A stretch of DNA of 64,000 bases, taken from NCBI GenBank assembly GCA_963768805.1, contig CAVYJI010000008.1:131885-195884 (forward strand), read 5' to 3'. The notes beneath the pieces were generated by a model. The model searched no databases, was not told the origin of the DNA, and saw only the letters and a program-made list of their open reading frames with translations. Positions 1-8,458 of this stretch are shown piece by piece (positions within the stretch are counted from its first letter, which is position 1; every line of letters begins with the position of its first letter). Both the position numbers and the translations under genes were made by a program. This DNA comes from an uncultured Bacteroidales bacterium. GTDB taxonomy: Bacteria > Bacteroidota > Bacteroidia > Bacteroidales > FEN-979.

Positions 1-31
1 TTTACTTGTTTGAACCATTTTGTCCTGATTT

Positions 32-343
32 TTAATCCCCATAGTGATTTGAAATCGTCACCAGACGAAATATTCCAATCGTTTGATTAGTATCCTGCCA
101 CTCAACTTTCATTTCAAGCCTGTATTTCCCTGAAAGCCTCATTGAATAGAATTTATCAGTACCCTTGAGTTTCTCAAACTTCAATCCTTTATCTGCCCAA
201 AGATCATGAATGGTAGTGGAAGCTTCTATTTTTTGCACCGTTAATAAAAACTTCTCTATTACCTGTTCAGGCAGCTTCAGCTTTTTTGACTTACCCGTAG
301 TATAGAGTTTGACTAATTCTTTATCGTCCAGAAATACATCCAA
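32..343 (-). CDS. higB: HigB-like RelE/ParE-superfamily toxin (type II toxin-antitoxin)
   Basis: 103-aa ORF. The pattern KLYTTGKSKK..P.QV..KF..V..I......DL....GL.FEKLKG....YS.RL...YRL matches plasmid-maintenance-killer (HigB) toxins. The start is TTG, so the 5-prime end is uncertain. A possible partner start (ATG at 16-18, minus strand) runs off the window edge. Confidence 0.6.
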   Translation of the reverse strand: MDVFLDDKELVKLYTTGKSKKLKLPEQVIEKFLLTVQKIEASTTIHDLWADKGLKFEKLKGTDKFYSMRLSGKYRLEMKVEWQDTNQTIGIFRLVTISNHYGD

Positions 344-360
344 GGTCGTAAAACGTTTTG

Positions 361-404
361 CAAATATACACCTAAAAGGTAAATATGCAAATTATATTTT
401 ACCT
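361..404 (-). promoter_or_regulatory. Candidate promoter plus operator of the HigB-like gene
   Basis: On the minus strand TATATTTG (361-368) fits the Bacteroidetes -7 box TAnnTTTG, 18 nt before the start. Just upstream is the imperfect palindrome AGGTAAA-N14-TTTACCT (377-404), typical of a TA autoregulation operator. Confidence 0.4.
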
Positions 405-441
405 GATAGGTTATTCATGTTTGTGATTCAGGCGGCAAGTT

Positions 442-710
442 GGACAAACCGATCAGATTGACCACCAAAGGCCGATGTAGATTGACCATCTTAAATGAAT
501 TATTATCAGACTTATGCGGTGGGCAAGCCCGACCGGCACAGGGAGGTTAGAAGTTCCGGTTTTTCCACCTGATCTTGTAGAAATAGTTTTTTTATTTGAA
601 TAATCGAACATTCGATCAACGACCTTAGAAGTAAGATCAGAAATCAGGCTTCGTTGATCAAATGTTCGAGTATTCAATTGGAAGCGTTGTGGAGAGGTTC
701 CGGTGTTTCC
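442..710 (+). repeat. Composite repeat: full Element A copy (442-566), ~125-bp extension, and an Element A right-end fragment (691-710)
   Basis: Near-identical over about 200 bp to 2416-2680. Contains GGACAAACCGATCAGATTGACCACC...CTTATGCGGTGGGCAAGCCCGACCGGCACAGGG...GTTCCGGTTTTTCC. The extension holds a 25-bp-arm hairpin (598-622 pairs with 651-675). Confidence 0.9.
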
Positions 711-740
711 AATTTAGGACAGTCTGGAAAAATCTTTCAC

Positions 741-1991
741 TTAAACCCGGAAAGCAGGTTGCATGAATTCGATCTCTGAAGTTGATATTCCGATTCTCTT
801 TGCTATTTTCTCCCACTGACTAACGGTCCGTAATACCTGGGATTGAATAGATTGAGCCTTTTTGACAGTTAACCTGAAATATTCAGCGACACTCATAGCA
901 AGTTCAAAATCCAATGCTCCGCTGTTCTCATCAATGTTTAATGACAGCTCGTCCTTATCAATAGAAGGATTTACATCATAAGCAGGACAAAGACGCCATG
1001 CGCCATTTTCAATTACGAAGCCATGGTTCCGCAAGTGATCATCGGTATTTGATATGGCAATATTAAAAACAATCCTACGCCATAGTTCTTCAAGATCTCC
1101 GTTGATGTTCCCTCCATGGTTTTGGATGAACATTGAAAGGTCAAGGTAGCTTACCCGCTTGTCACGGAGAGTTTTTTCATCATTTCCTGTCATAGTCATG
1201 GCAGAGGCAAAATGAACACGTTCTCCATAAAGCCGGTCAAATCTTTTGGTAAAGAAGGTGTAATAATTGCCTGCAAGCTTTTCGATCCGTGATTCAGACA
1301 TTCTGATGCCGGCTGCAAGGGCAAGCTTGTAAGCAAGAAATTCCCACCTGGCCTTATCAATTGTGTCGTTCTTCGATGGAAATTTGGCAATCCAAAGCTG
1401 ATCCTTCTTATCTATTATGTTTGCTTTAGGTCTTGCACCACCCAGTGAGGATCCCGGAGCCATAAGCATTATCAGCCATTTATTTAATTCCTTTGGATTC
1501 TTGTCCGATTCTACAAGGCCTGCTATATATTGCAATTCACCGGCTGAAGTCCAGGGTGGGACAGGAGTTTGACTGTCATCGTCAAGAAAAGGGCCTTCGG
1601 GATCAATTTTAAAACGGAGCGCTCCCATTCTGCATTTATCTGCAACTCCCAGAAGATAGTCCAGGTCATGCAGTACCGGTGTAATTTTTCCTTCCAGCCT
1701 GGCAACCTGGGAAGCTCTTCTTGTCATCAGTGTCCTTCCCCAGGTATCAGGCATGGAATCAAGAAATATTCCGAAATTTTCATTTGGTCCTGGAAACTGA
1801 GTACCTGAAAAAAGGCCAATGTCCGGATCAAGAAGAAACAGATCCTTTCTCCTGAGCCAATGCTCATCATATTCAAAGCTGTATGATCTGCGGCCTTTGC
1901 CCTGGTGGGCAGACAAAATCCCGATAAATACGGGTCCGGGCATTCCGCACCAATGGGCGTAAACAAACAGGTCTGTTTTATCTATTGACAT
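741..1991 (-). CDS. hipA: HipA-family serine/threonine kinase toxin
   Basis: 416 aa. N-terminal HipA coupling region, then kinase-core motifs GSSLGGARPKA and NTDDHLRNHGF. Stop lies 2 nt after the upstream HTH gene, consistent with an operon. Confidence 0.9.
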   Translation of the reverse strand: MSIDKTDLFVYAHWCGMPGPVFIGILSAHQGKGRRSYSFEYDEHWLRRKDLFLLDPDIGLFSGTQFPGPNENFGIFLDSMPDTWGRTLMTRRASQVARLEGKITPVLHDLDYLLGVADKCRMGALRFKIDPEGPFLDDDSQTPVPPWTSAGELQYIAGLVESDKNPKELNKWLIMLMAPGSSLGGARPKANIIDKKDQLWIAKFPSKNDTIDKARWEFLAYKLALAAGIRMSESRIEKLAGNYYTFFTKRFDRLYGERVHFASAMTMTGNDEKTLRDKRVSYLDLSMFIQNHGGNINGDLEELWRRIVFNIAISNTDDHLRNHGFVIENGAWRLCPAYDVNPSIDKDELSLNIDENSGALDFELAMSVAEYFRLTVKKAQSIQSQVLRTVSQWEKIAKRIGISTSEIEFMQPAFRV

Positions 1992-1993
1992 GA

Positions 1994-2290
1994 TTACTTT
2001 TTCCCAAGAAGTTTAATATCCTGAAGCTTCTTACCAAACTGATCATCAGCGGCCAGCTTCAGGATATCATCCTGAAGGCCCAATGCACGTAAAACATTGA
2101 AGATTGCACCAAGGGATACACCCGGATTGCCTTTTTCAATCAGGTAGAGTGTATTTCTTCCAATGTCAGCGCGGTCGGCAACCTGGAAAGTGGTCAGGTT
2201 ACGACGTTTCCTTGCCAGTTTAATGTTTTCACCAACAATCTCTAACATCCTCTGATGTTTGGGGAAGAGTATTTGCTTTTTAGACTTCAT
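1994..2290 (-). CDS. hipB: XRE-family helix-turn-helix antitoxin (HipB-like)
   Basis: HTH segment LTTFQVADRADIGRNTLYLIEKGN. Start trimmed to the ATG at 2288-2290 (MKSKKQ...), because the 24-codon N-terminal extension in the ORF track is hydrophobic junk. Sits immediately upstream of hipA. Confidence 0.8.
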   Translation of the reverse strand: MKSKKQILFPKHQRMLEIVGENIKLARKRRNLTTFQVADRADIGRNTLYLIEKGNPGVSLGAIFNVLRALGLQDDILKLAADDQFGKKLQDIKLLGKK

Positions 2291-2415
2291 TTGTACTATA
2301 TTAGGTACAAAGATAATAATTGTGTTTGGAATATAGTACAAAAAAATAATTAATTCTTTCAATCCTTCCAGCAGATGTTCAAGTGCGAAGTGTAATTATT
2401 TGAAGAAGTCTTTGT

Positions 2416-2680
2416 GGACAAACCGATCAGATTGACCATCCATGGCCGATATAATTGACCATCTTAAATGAATTATTATCAGACTGACTTATGCGGTGGG
2501 GACGCTCGACCGACACAGGGTGGGCAGAGGTTACGGTTTTTTCACCTGATCTTGTAGAAACAGTTTTTTTATTTGAATAATCGAACATTCGATCAACGAC
2601 CTTAGAAGTAAGATCGGAAATCAGGCTTATGCGGTAGGGACGCCCGACCGGCACAGGGTGGTCAGCGGTTCCGGTTTATC
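2416..2680 (+). repeat. Composite repeat: Element A (2416-2543), extension, and a second Element A right half (2626-2680)
   Basis: Direct repeat of 442-710 on the other side of hipBA. Same order of modules, read directly from the sequence. Confidence 0.9.
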
Positions 2681-2776
2681 GACCATCATGAACTTGACAA
2701 CTATGATAACTTTATAAACTTTACAAACTTTCTTTGGCTTTGTATAATTTTTTTTATTTTTACTAAAAACTCTCAA

Positions 2777-4726
2777 ATGAATACCTCTTTTTCAATCCGC
2801 GGGCTCTCATTATTACTTTTCCTGATCCTGGCCGGACATCTCTCTCTGCCGGCCCAGGATGAGAAACCAAAGTTCGGTAAGCCGGCCATGGCCGACCTGA
2901 AAATGACACGCTATGACAAGGACACTTCTGCCGAAGCCGTCATTCTTGAGGATATTGGTTCAACTTATTTCGATAAGGATAGTTTTAATGGTCTGATGCT
3001 TATTTTCAACCGGTTTGAAAGAATTAAGATTTTAAGGAAAGATGGTTATTCCTGGGCAAATCACAGTATAACACTATATGAGGACAGATCCAGTGAAGAA
3101 AAAATAAGTAATCTTAAAGCCTCAACATTTAACCTGGTGAATAATGAAATAGTAGAAACAAAGCTGGATAAGGCATCTGTTTTTGAAGAAAACGCAGATT
3201 ACAATCATAAAATAAAAAAGTTTACGCTTCCTGCTGTCAAAGAAGGTTCGGTTATCGATATTCAGTACACGATACAAAGCCCGTTCTTTATTAATGTTCA
3301 GCCCTGGAGTTTTCAGAACGTCATTCCGGAACGGCATAGCGAATATGAAGTCAGTTTTCTGTCTTATTTTAATTATAAAAAACAGATAACCGGTTATTAC
3401 CCGGTTACCGTAACCCATACCAATAGCGATGAAAACACATATAAGTTTTCTGCATTGGATGTTCCGGCTATGAAGATGGAACCATACACTAGTTCCATGA
3501 TCAATTATCATTCGAGGGTCGAATTTGAACTTCAGTTTTTCCAGTTGCCTTATAGTGAGCCTTATGATCTTACAAGTTCATGGAAGAAGATCGTACATTT
3601 AATCCTGTCAGATGATGATTTTGGAGGTCAGTTAAAGAGAACCGGAATTGCTAAAGATGTTGTTAAAGGCATTAAAGATAAATCATCAGATCCCCTGGAA
3701 AGGATGATTCTTGCTTATGATTACATCAGAACAAAAATGAAATGGAATGAAGTAAACTCCATGTTACCAGGTAATGATGTGTATAAAGATCCGTCGGAGA
3801 AAAAAGGAAACTCGGCAGATATTAACCTCACCCTGATAATTCTTCTTAAAGAATTAGGTATCAAGGCAAATCCTGTTGTCTTAAGCACTCGTAAAAATGG
3901 TATTATCATTCGTGATCTGCCAAATTTCACACGGCTTAATTATGTAATCGCATGTGCTGATATTAATGGACAAAAACATTTATTAGATGCAACTGATATA
4001 AACAGACCTTATTCAATGCTTCCTTTTGACTGTCTTAATGGAGAAGGCATCCTGGCCATTGAAGACAGCATTGAATGGATCCAATTATTGAACATGGAAA
4101 AAAATACCACGGTCCATTATGGAGAATTTAAAATAAATCCTGATGGCAGCGTGGATGGTAAAATGAATATCATATACGATGGATTCCAGGCTTGTAATGA
4201 AAGGAACGACCTTGATAAAGAAGGAATTGAACAATACATGAAAGATATAAATGAAGAAATTAAAGGGATGAAAGCTGATAGTATTAAAATTTCAAATGAA
4301 GGTATTTCAACTCCTTTGAAAATAAACTATCATCTTCAGTCACAAGAGATGACTCAATTCAATGGGAATATGATTTTTTTCAATGTATTATTGGGTTTTG
4401 GAGAGACTAAAAATCTATTTACCTCTGAGAAGCGTGAATATCCTGTGGACATTGGCTGTCCGGATAAAGAAACTTACAGTTTTGTAATTGAACTACCCGA
4501 CGGGTACACAGTTGAATCACTGCCAGAAAAGGTTTCTATTGCACTTCCTGACAATGGAGGAACATTTAGGTTCCTTGTTTCACAGGTGGGTAATAAAATT
4601 GCTGTGAATAGTGTTCTTAATATGACTAAGGTCCTCTATGTCATGAATGAATACCCGGATTTACGGGAATTTATTACCAGGATGGTTGCTAAACAAGCTG
4701 AAAAAATCGTATTGAAAAAAACATGA
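2777..4726 (+). CDS. DUF3857/transglutaminase-like/DUF3858 family secreted protein lacking the catalytic Cys
   Basis: 649 aa with a signal peptide. Same length and layout as the downstream paralog. At the position of the transglutaminase core it reads KKGNSADINL instead of G-x-C. Confidence 0.6.
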   Translation: MNTSFSIRGLSLLLFLILAGHLSLPAQDEKPKFGKPAMADLKMTRYDKDTSAEAVILEDIGSTYFDKDSFNGLMLIFNRFERIKILRKDGYSWANHSITLYEDRSSEEKISNLKASTFNLVNNEIVETKLDKASVFEENADYNHKIKKFTLPAVKEGSVIDIQYTIQSPFFINVQPWSFQNVIPERHSEYEVSFLSYFNYKKQITGYYPVTVTHTNSDENTYKFSALDVPAMKMEPYTSSMINYHSRVEFELQFFQLPYSEPYDLTSSWKKIVHLILSDDDFGGQLKRTGIAKDVVKGIKDKSSDPLERMILAYDYIRTKMKWNEVNSMLPGNDVYKDPSEKKGNSADINLTLIILLKELGIKANPVVLSTRKNGIIIRDLPNFTRLNYVIACADINGQKHLLDATDINRPYSMLPFDCLNGEGILAIEDSIEWIQLLNMEKNTTVHYGEFKINPDGSVDGKMNIIYDGFQACNERNDLDKEGIEQYMKDINEEIKGMKADSIKISNEGISTPLKINYHLQSQEMTQFNGNMIFFNVLLGFGETKNLFTSEKREYPVDIGCPDKETYSFVIELPDGYTVESLPEKVSIALPDNGGTFRFLVSQVGNKIAVNSVLNMTKVLYVMNEYPDLREFITRMVAKQAEKIVLKKT

Positions 4727-6675
4727 AGAACATGCTGAATCTCAAAATTATTCTGACAACTTTTTTGCTTTCTTATTGCTATAATACAATGGCACTGAGA
4801 ACTGTCAGATATAATGCTGGTTGTAGCTCAAAAGAAGGAAGGTACCCGGTATCACTTATTCCGGAAGCGCTGAAAAAGAATGCTGATGCCGTTATTCGTG
4901 ATTATGTGATGAATGTCCAGATAAAATCGTTAAATTCTCTTTATATCAAAGTCCATCGCGTAGTGACGGTTTTAAGGAAGAGCGGTATTGAAAATGCATT
5001 GGTTGAATTATCCTATGATAAAGATAGTAAAGTCACTTCTATTCATCTGGTGTGTTATGATCAGGCCGGCATCGAGATATCTCACTCAAAGTCTTCGGAG
5101 ATTATAGATGAGAGTGCGGTTCCGAATGGGTCATTTTACTCTGATGACCGTGTTAAAAGAGTCATTATTGATGAAGATACTTATCCTTTCACAGTAGAGT
5201 GCGACTACGAAATTGATATTCATAAATTGCTCCATTTTCCTGACTGGGAACCCCAGGATGATTATCGCTTATCTGTTGAACATTCAGAGCTTATAGTTAG
5301 TGCCGATGACAATTTATTACCAAGATTTAAAGAAGTAAACCTTCCGCAGGCAGCGCAAATTACTCATGATAAAAATGAGACAATTGTTACTTATACATTC
5401 CAGAATCTCAATGCAATTGAACAGGAACCATATAGTATTCCACGGAGCGAGAGAGTTCCGTTTGTGTATATAGCACCTAATGAATACCGTACGCTGGGGA
5501 ACGATTTTGATTTCCGGACATGGAAAAGCTACGGTCAGTGGAATTATAGTCTTATCGAGAACAGGGATAATCTACCCGGAAATATCCGGGATCAATTGCT
5601 GGAGAGGATAAAAGACAAAAAGACAAAACTGGAGAAGATAAAAGAAATATACCGCTTTGTTCAACAGAATACGAGGTACGTAAATACAAACATTGGCATA
5701 GGAGGATGGCAGCCCGTAGATGCAGGAACGGTTGCAATAAAAGGTTATGGCGATTGTAAAGGATTGGTCAATTATACCAAAGCTTTAATGTCATTAGCAG
5801 GAATTACATCATATTACACAGTGACAAATGCGGACCAGGAAATTCAGGATATTTTCCCCGATTTTCCTTCCAGTCAGTTCAATCATATAATTCTGTGTGT
5901 TCCTTTGGAGCAGGATACAATCTGGCTAGAGTGCACAAACCAGTTGATGCCCTTTGGATACATGGGAACATCATTTGTAGGCCGTCATGTATTGATAATT
6001 ACTCCTGAAGGAGGTGTTCTTGTTAAAACCCCTGACTTCCCGGGTAAAGAAAATTCGTTATGTCGAAAAACTGTAATCGATATTGATTCTATCGGTGATG
6101 CAACCTTAAAAGTAAATGCTGTATACAGAGGCTTACAATATGAAGAAGTCGCAGGATATGAAAACAGATCGTTCAAGGAATTGGCGGATGCTTTTATTGA
6201 CGGATTAAGGACTCCTTCCGCTTCGGTTAAAAAAATCAGTTATAGCTTTAATAAAGATCGGAATCCTGAGGCATTTGAGAATGTTGATCTTTCGATCCGT
6301 TCCCTGGCAACCCGGACAGGGAACAGGATATTTTTACCATTTAATCTTTTCAGCAACATAAACACAAACCTTAATCAATTATCTTCCAGGCAATCTCCCC
6401 TGTATTTCCGATTTTCTACCATAGATTTCGATACCGTCGAAATTCATATTCCCCACGGGTATAAAGTCGAATCTCTTCCTGAAACTACAGAGGTCACTTC
6501 ACAATTTGGCAATTACAAAGTCACCACCCTACAGAAAGACAATACCCTCACCTTCTGCCGGGTGCTTGAAGAAAAAGAAGGCCGCTATCCTCCCGGTTCC
6601 TTTGCTGATTTTATGGCCTATCTCCAAAAGATCGCCCATGCCGATAAAAGTAACGCCGTTTTGATAAAGAACTAG
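4723..6675 (+). CDS. DUF3857 / transglutaminase-like / DUF3858 protein
   Basis: 650 aa. The GYGDCKGLVNY motif fits the transglutaminase-like cysteine core. ATGA start/stop overlap with the upstream paralog. Confidence 0.65.
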   Translation: MKNMLNLKIILTTFLLSYCYNTMALRTVRYNAGCSSKEGRYPVSLIPEALKKNADAVIRDYVMNVQIKSLNSLYIKVHRVVTVLRKSGIENALVELSYDKDSKVTSIHLVCYDQAGIEISHSKSSEIIDESAVPNGSFYSDDRVKRVIIDEDTYPFTVECDYEIDIHKLLHFPDWEPQDDYRLSVEHSELIVSADDNLLPRFKEVNLPQAAQITHDKNETIVTYTFQNLNAIEQEPYSIPRSERVPFVYIAPNEYRTLGNDFDFRTWKSYGQWNYSLIENRDNLPGNIRDQLLERIKDKKTKLEKIKEIYRFVQQNTRYVNTNIGIGGWQPVDAGTVAIKGYGDCKGLVNYTKALMSLAGITSYYTVTNADQEIQDIFPDFPSSQFNHIILCVPLEQDTIWLECTNQLMPFGYMGTSFVGRHVLIITPEGGVLVKTPDFPGKENSLCRKTVIDIDSIGDATLKVNAVYRGLQYEEVAGYENRSFKELADAFIDGLRTPSASVKKISYSFNKDRNPEAFENVDLSIRSLATRTGNRIFLPFNLFSNINTNLNQLSSRQSPLYFRFSTIDFDTVEIHIPHGYKVESLPETTEVTSQFGNYKVTTLQKDNTLTFCRVLEEKEGRYPPGSFADFMAYLQKIAHADKSNAVLIKN

Positions 6676-6695
6676 TTTCGACCCGGTTCCCGGTT

Positions 6696-6819
6696 GAACA
6701 AACCGATCAGATTGACCACCCATTGCCGAAGGAAATTGACCATCTTAAATGAATTATTATCAGACTTATGCGGTGGGCACGCCCGACCGGCACAGGTGGG
6801 TAGAGGTTCCGGTTTTTCC
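6696..6819 (+). repeat. Element A, full-length reference copy
   Basis: GAACAAACCGATCAGATTGACCACC..GAAATTGACCATCTTAAATGAATTATTATCAGACTTATGCGGTGGGCACGCCCGACCGGCACAGG..GGTTCCGGTTTTTCC, lying between two convergent genes. Confidence 0.9.
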
Positions 6820-6835
6820 ACGTTGCACTGAATAT

Positions 6836-7072
6836 TTAAAGAAGGCGGCTTCCCTTGTAAAGTAATTCAGGATCGAGATCTGCCTCATTATTCCATTCAA
6901 TGGAATCAAAACTGATATGGACGGTATTAAACATTGAAATGTCTTTTAATTCCGTAAAAATTCCAATATTCAGGTATGGTTTCATATCAAACAGACGATT
7001 CTCTCCATTCTCAAATGTTAAATGAAGCAAATAGTCTTTGGCTGGTTTGACTTCCTTTATTGATAAATACAT
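6836..7072 (-). CDS. DUF2442 domain protein
   Basis: 78 aa. The N-terminal pattern I.EVKP..DY.L.L.F.NGE...FD..PYL is typical of DUF2442. Paired with a DUF4160 gene 5 nt upstream. Confidence 0.7.
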   Translation of the reverse strand: MYLSIKEVKPAKDYLLHLTFENGENRLFDMKPYLNIGIFTELKDISMFNTVHISFDSIEWNNEADLDPELLYKGSRLL

Positions 7073-7077
7073 GGCGT

Positions 7078-7344
7078 CTATTTTAAAGGTTCAATTGCAA
7101 ATGGTTTCTCCCCGTTTTGACATAATTTCCAATTGGCAAGAAGTTCTTCTTTGTGTATTTCAATCCAGGCAAAAACTAATCTTAATTGTCTCTGAGGTAT
7201 TTGACCTTCGAGTATTTCGCAGGATTCAATATCTATTACTGACTTCATATCCTGATAATATGCATGAATATGTGGTGGATTATGCTCTTTTGGAGCAAAA
7301 TACATTCGAATGATAATCCCAAAAAACATTGATAGGGTTGGCAT
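7078..7344 (-). CDS. DUF4160 domain protein
   Basis: MPTLSMFFGIIIRMYFAPKEHNPPHIHAYY is the characteristic DUF4160 N-terminus. Start moved to the ATG at 7342-7344. Confidence 0.75.
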   Translation of the reverse strand: MPTLSMFFGIIIRMYFAPKEHNPPHIHAYYQDMKSVIDIESCEILEGQIPQRQLRLVFAWIEIHKEELLANWKLCQNGEKPFAIEPLK

Positions 7345-7458
7345 AATTGATCCGTTTTTTACAAAAGTAATATTTTGATTGAGAAATTGCAATTTAGTAC
7401 TCCCCAAAATTCAGACCACTGGTAAAGTTGAAAAATAACTTAATTTTGTCAGTGGAAT

Positions 7459-7494
7459 ATGTGGGGGGAACTGGTCAGAAGTTCCGGTTTTTCC
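7459..7494 (+). repeat. Element A right-end fragment
   Basis: ..GGTCAGAAGTTCCGGTTTTTCC matches the right end of the full copies. Confidence 0.6.
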
Positions 7495-7503
7495 GGGTAT
7501 AGC

Positions 7504-7540
7504 AAAAAAAAAGAGACCGCCCTTTTGGGACGGCCTCTTT
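7504..7540 (-). terminator. Rho-independent terminator of hup
   Basis: On the minus strand: AAAGAGGCCGTCCC-AAAA-GGGCGGTCTCTT followed by a T-run. It begins 22 nt after the hup stop. Confidence 0.7.
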
Positions 7541-7561
7541 TATTTAGTGTTGGATAAAGTC

Positions 7562-7834
7562 TTACTTGACTTTTTTTCTAAGTTCTGCACCAGCTTTAAA
7601 CTTTACAACTTTTTTGGCGGCAATTTTGATTGCTTTACCTGTCTGGGGATTGCGTCCGGTACGGGCAGCTCTCTTGGCAACTGCGAACGAACCAAATCCA
7701 ACTAAGGCAACTCTTTCGCCTTTGCTTAAAGCTTTTGTTGTTGCTGTTATGACTGCTCCAAGTGCTTTGTGGGCTTCTACTTTGGTCATTTTTGCATCCT
7801 TAGCTATTGCTTCAATTAATTGTGCTTTGTTCAT
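7562..7834 (-). CDS. hup: HU family DNA-binding protein
   Basis: 90 aa. MNKAQLIEAIA......K.......L......AL..GE.V.L.GFGSF....R.AR.GRNP.TG..I.I is the classical HU signature. Confidence 0.95.
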   Translation of the reverse strand: MNKAQLIEAIAKDAKMTKVEAHKALGAVITATTKALSKGERVALVGFGSFAVAKRAARTGRNPQTGKAIKIAAKKVVKFKAGAELRKKVK

Positions 7835-7875
7835 TTTTTTAAAGTTTAGGTTAATACTACTAATAAAAATCCCTG

Positions 7876-7905
7876 CAAAGATAAGGCTTTTGAAAATAAT
7901 GTCAA
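7876..7905 (-). promoter_or_regulatory. Candidate hup promoter
   Basis: On the minus strand: TTGACA, then 19 nt, then TATCTTTG (a TAnnTTTG -7 box), about 40 nt upstream of the hup start. Confidence 0.5.
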
Positions 7906-8066
7906 GGGTTTTGTTTCTAAAACCACCTGAATTGTTGATAAATCGAAGGATTTGTTAATAACCACGGTCTCAAAACTGTTAATTATCCAATGTTTCAGGA
8001 AATAACCTGTCAGGGTATCTCTGGAAATCACGGCTATTCCTGACCTTTTATCCGGTAAAAGGAACC

Positions 8067-8398
8067 CAATACCCCCCAGACAAAAGCCTGGGGTAATTTA
8101 TGTGTTTCTTCAAGGATCTCAATGAATTATCTTTTTCGGGCTAAAGCCCGTAATTATCAGGTTCTCAATACCCCCCAGGCTAAAGCCTGGGGTAATTTAT
8201 GTGTTTCTTCAAGGATCCCAATGAATTATCTTTTTCGGGCTAAAGCACGTAATTATCAGGTTCTCAATACCCCCCAGGCTAAAGCCTGGGGTAATTTATG
8301 TGATTCTTAAAGGATCCCAATGAATTATCTTTTTCGGGCTAAAGCCCGTAATTATCAGGTTCTCAATGCCCCCCCAGGCTAAAGCCTGGGGTAATTTA
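8067..8398 (+). repeat. Element B tandem array, 99-bp period, about 3.4 units
   Basis: Unit starts at 8068, 8167, 8266 and 8365. Each unit carries two hairpins, CCCCAGGC-TAAA-GCCTGGGG and CGGGC-TAAA-GCCCG. Confidence 0.95.
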
Positions 8399-8458
8399 GG
8401 TGTTTCATTTAAGGTATGCATTATTACGATGAATCTGAAAAGATCAGTCAGAAGATCG

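Noticed and set aside
1-18. Possible start of a HigA-type antitoxin (ATG at 16-18, minus strand, MVQTSK...).
   Set aside because: Only six codons are inside the window, so it cannot be evaluated.
453-677. ORFs of 73-75 aa lying inside Element A composites (453-677, 2427-2654, 15779-16000, all minus strand).
   Set aside because: The copies are conserved at the DNA level but differ by small indels that shift the reading frame (..IIIHLRWSIYIG.. versus ..NNSFKMVNYIG..). No start context is present. They are repeat read-through, not genes.
1994-2362. Longer N-terminal extensions given by the ORF track (1994-2362, 7078-7407, 10692-11213, 47203-, -54712, -62643, 28039-, 26402-).
   Set aside because: Internal ATG starts give canonical N-termini (signal peptides, lipoboxes or family-typical first residues). 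The extensions are hydrophobic or low-complexity read-through.
8067-8398. Possible CRISPR array (also considered for 58466-58992).
   Set aside because: The whole unit repeats, with no unique spacers between short repeats. The periods (99 and 90 bp) and the internal hairpin pairs do not fit CRISPR. No cas genes are in the window.
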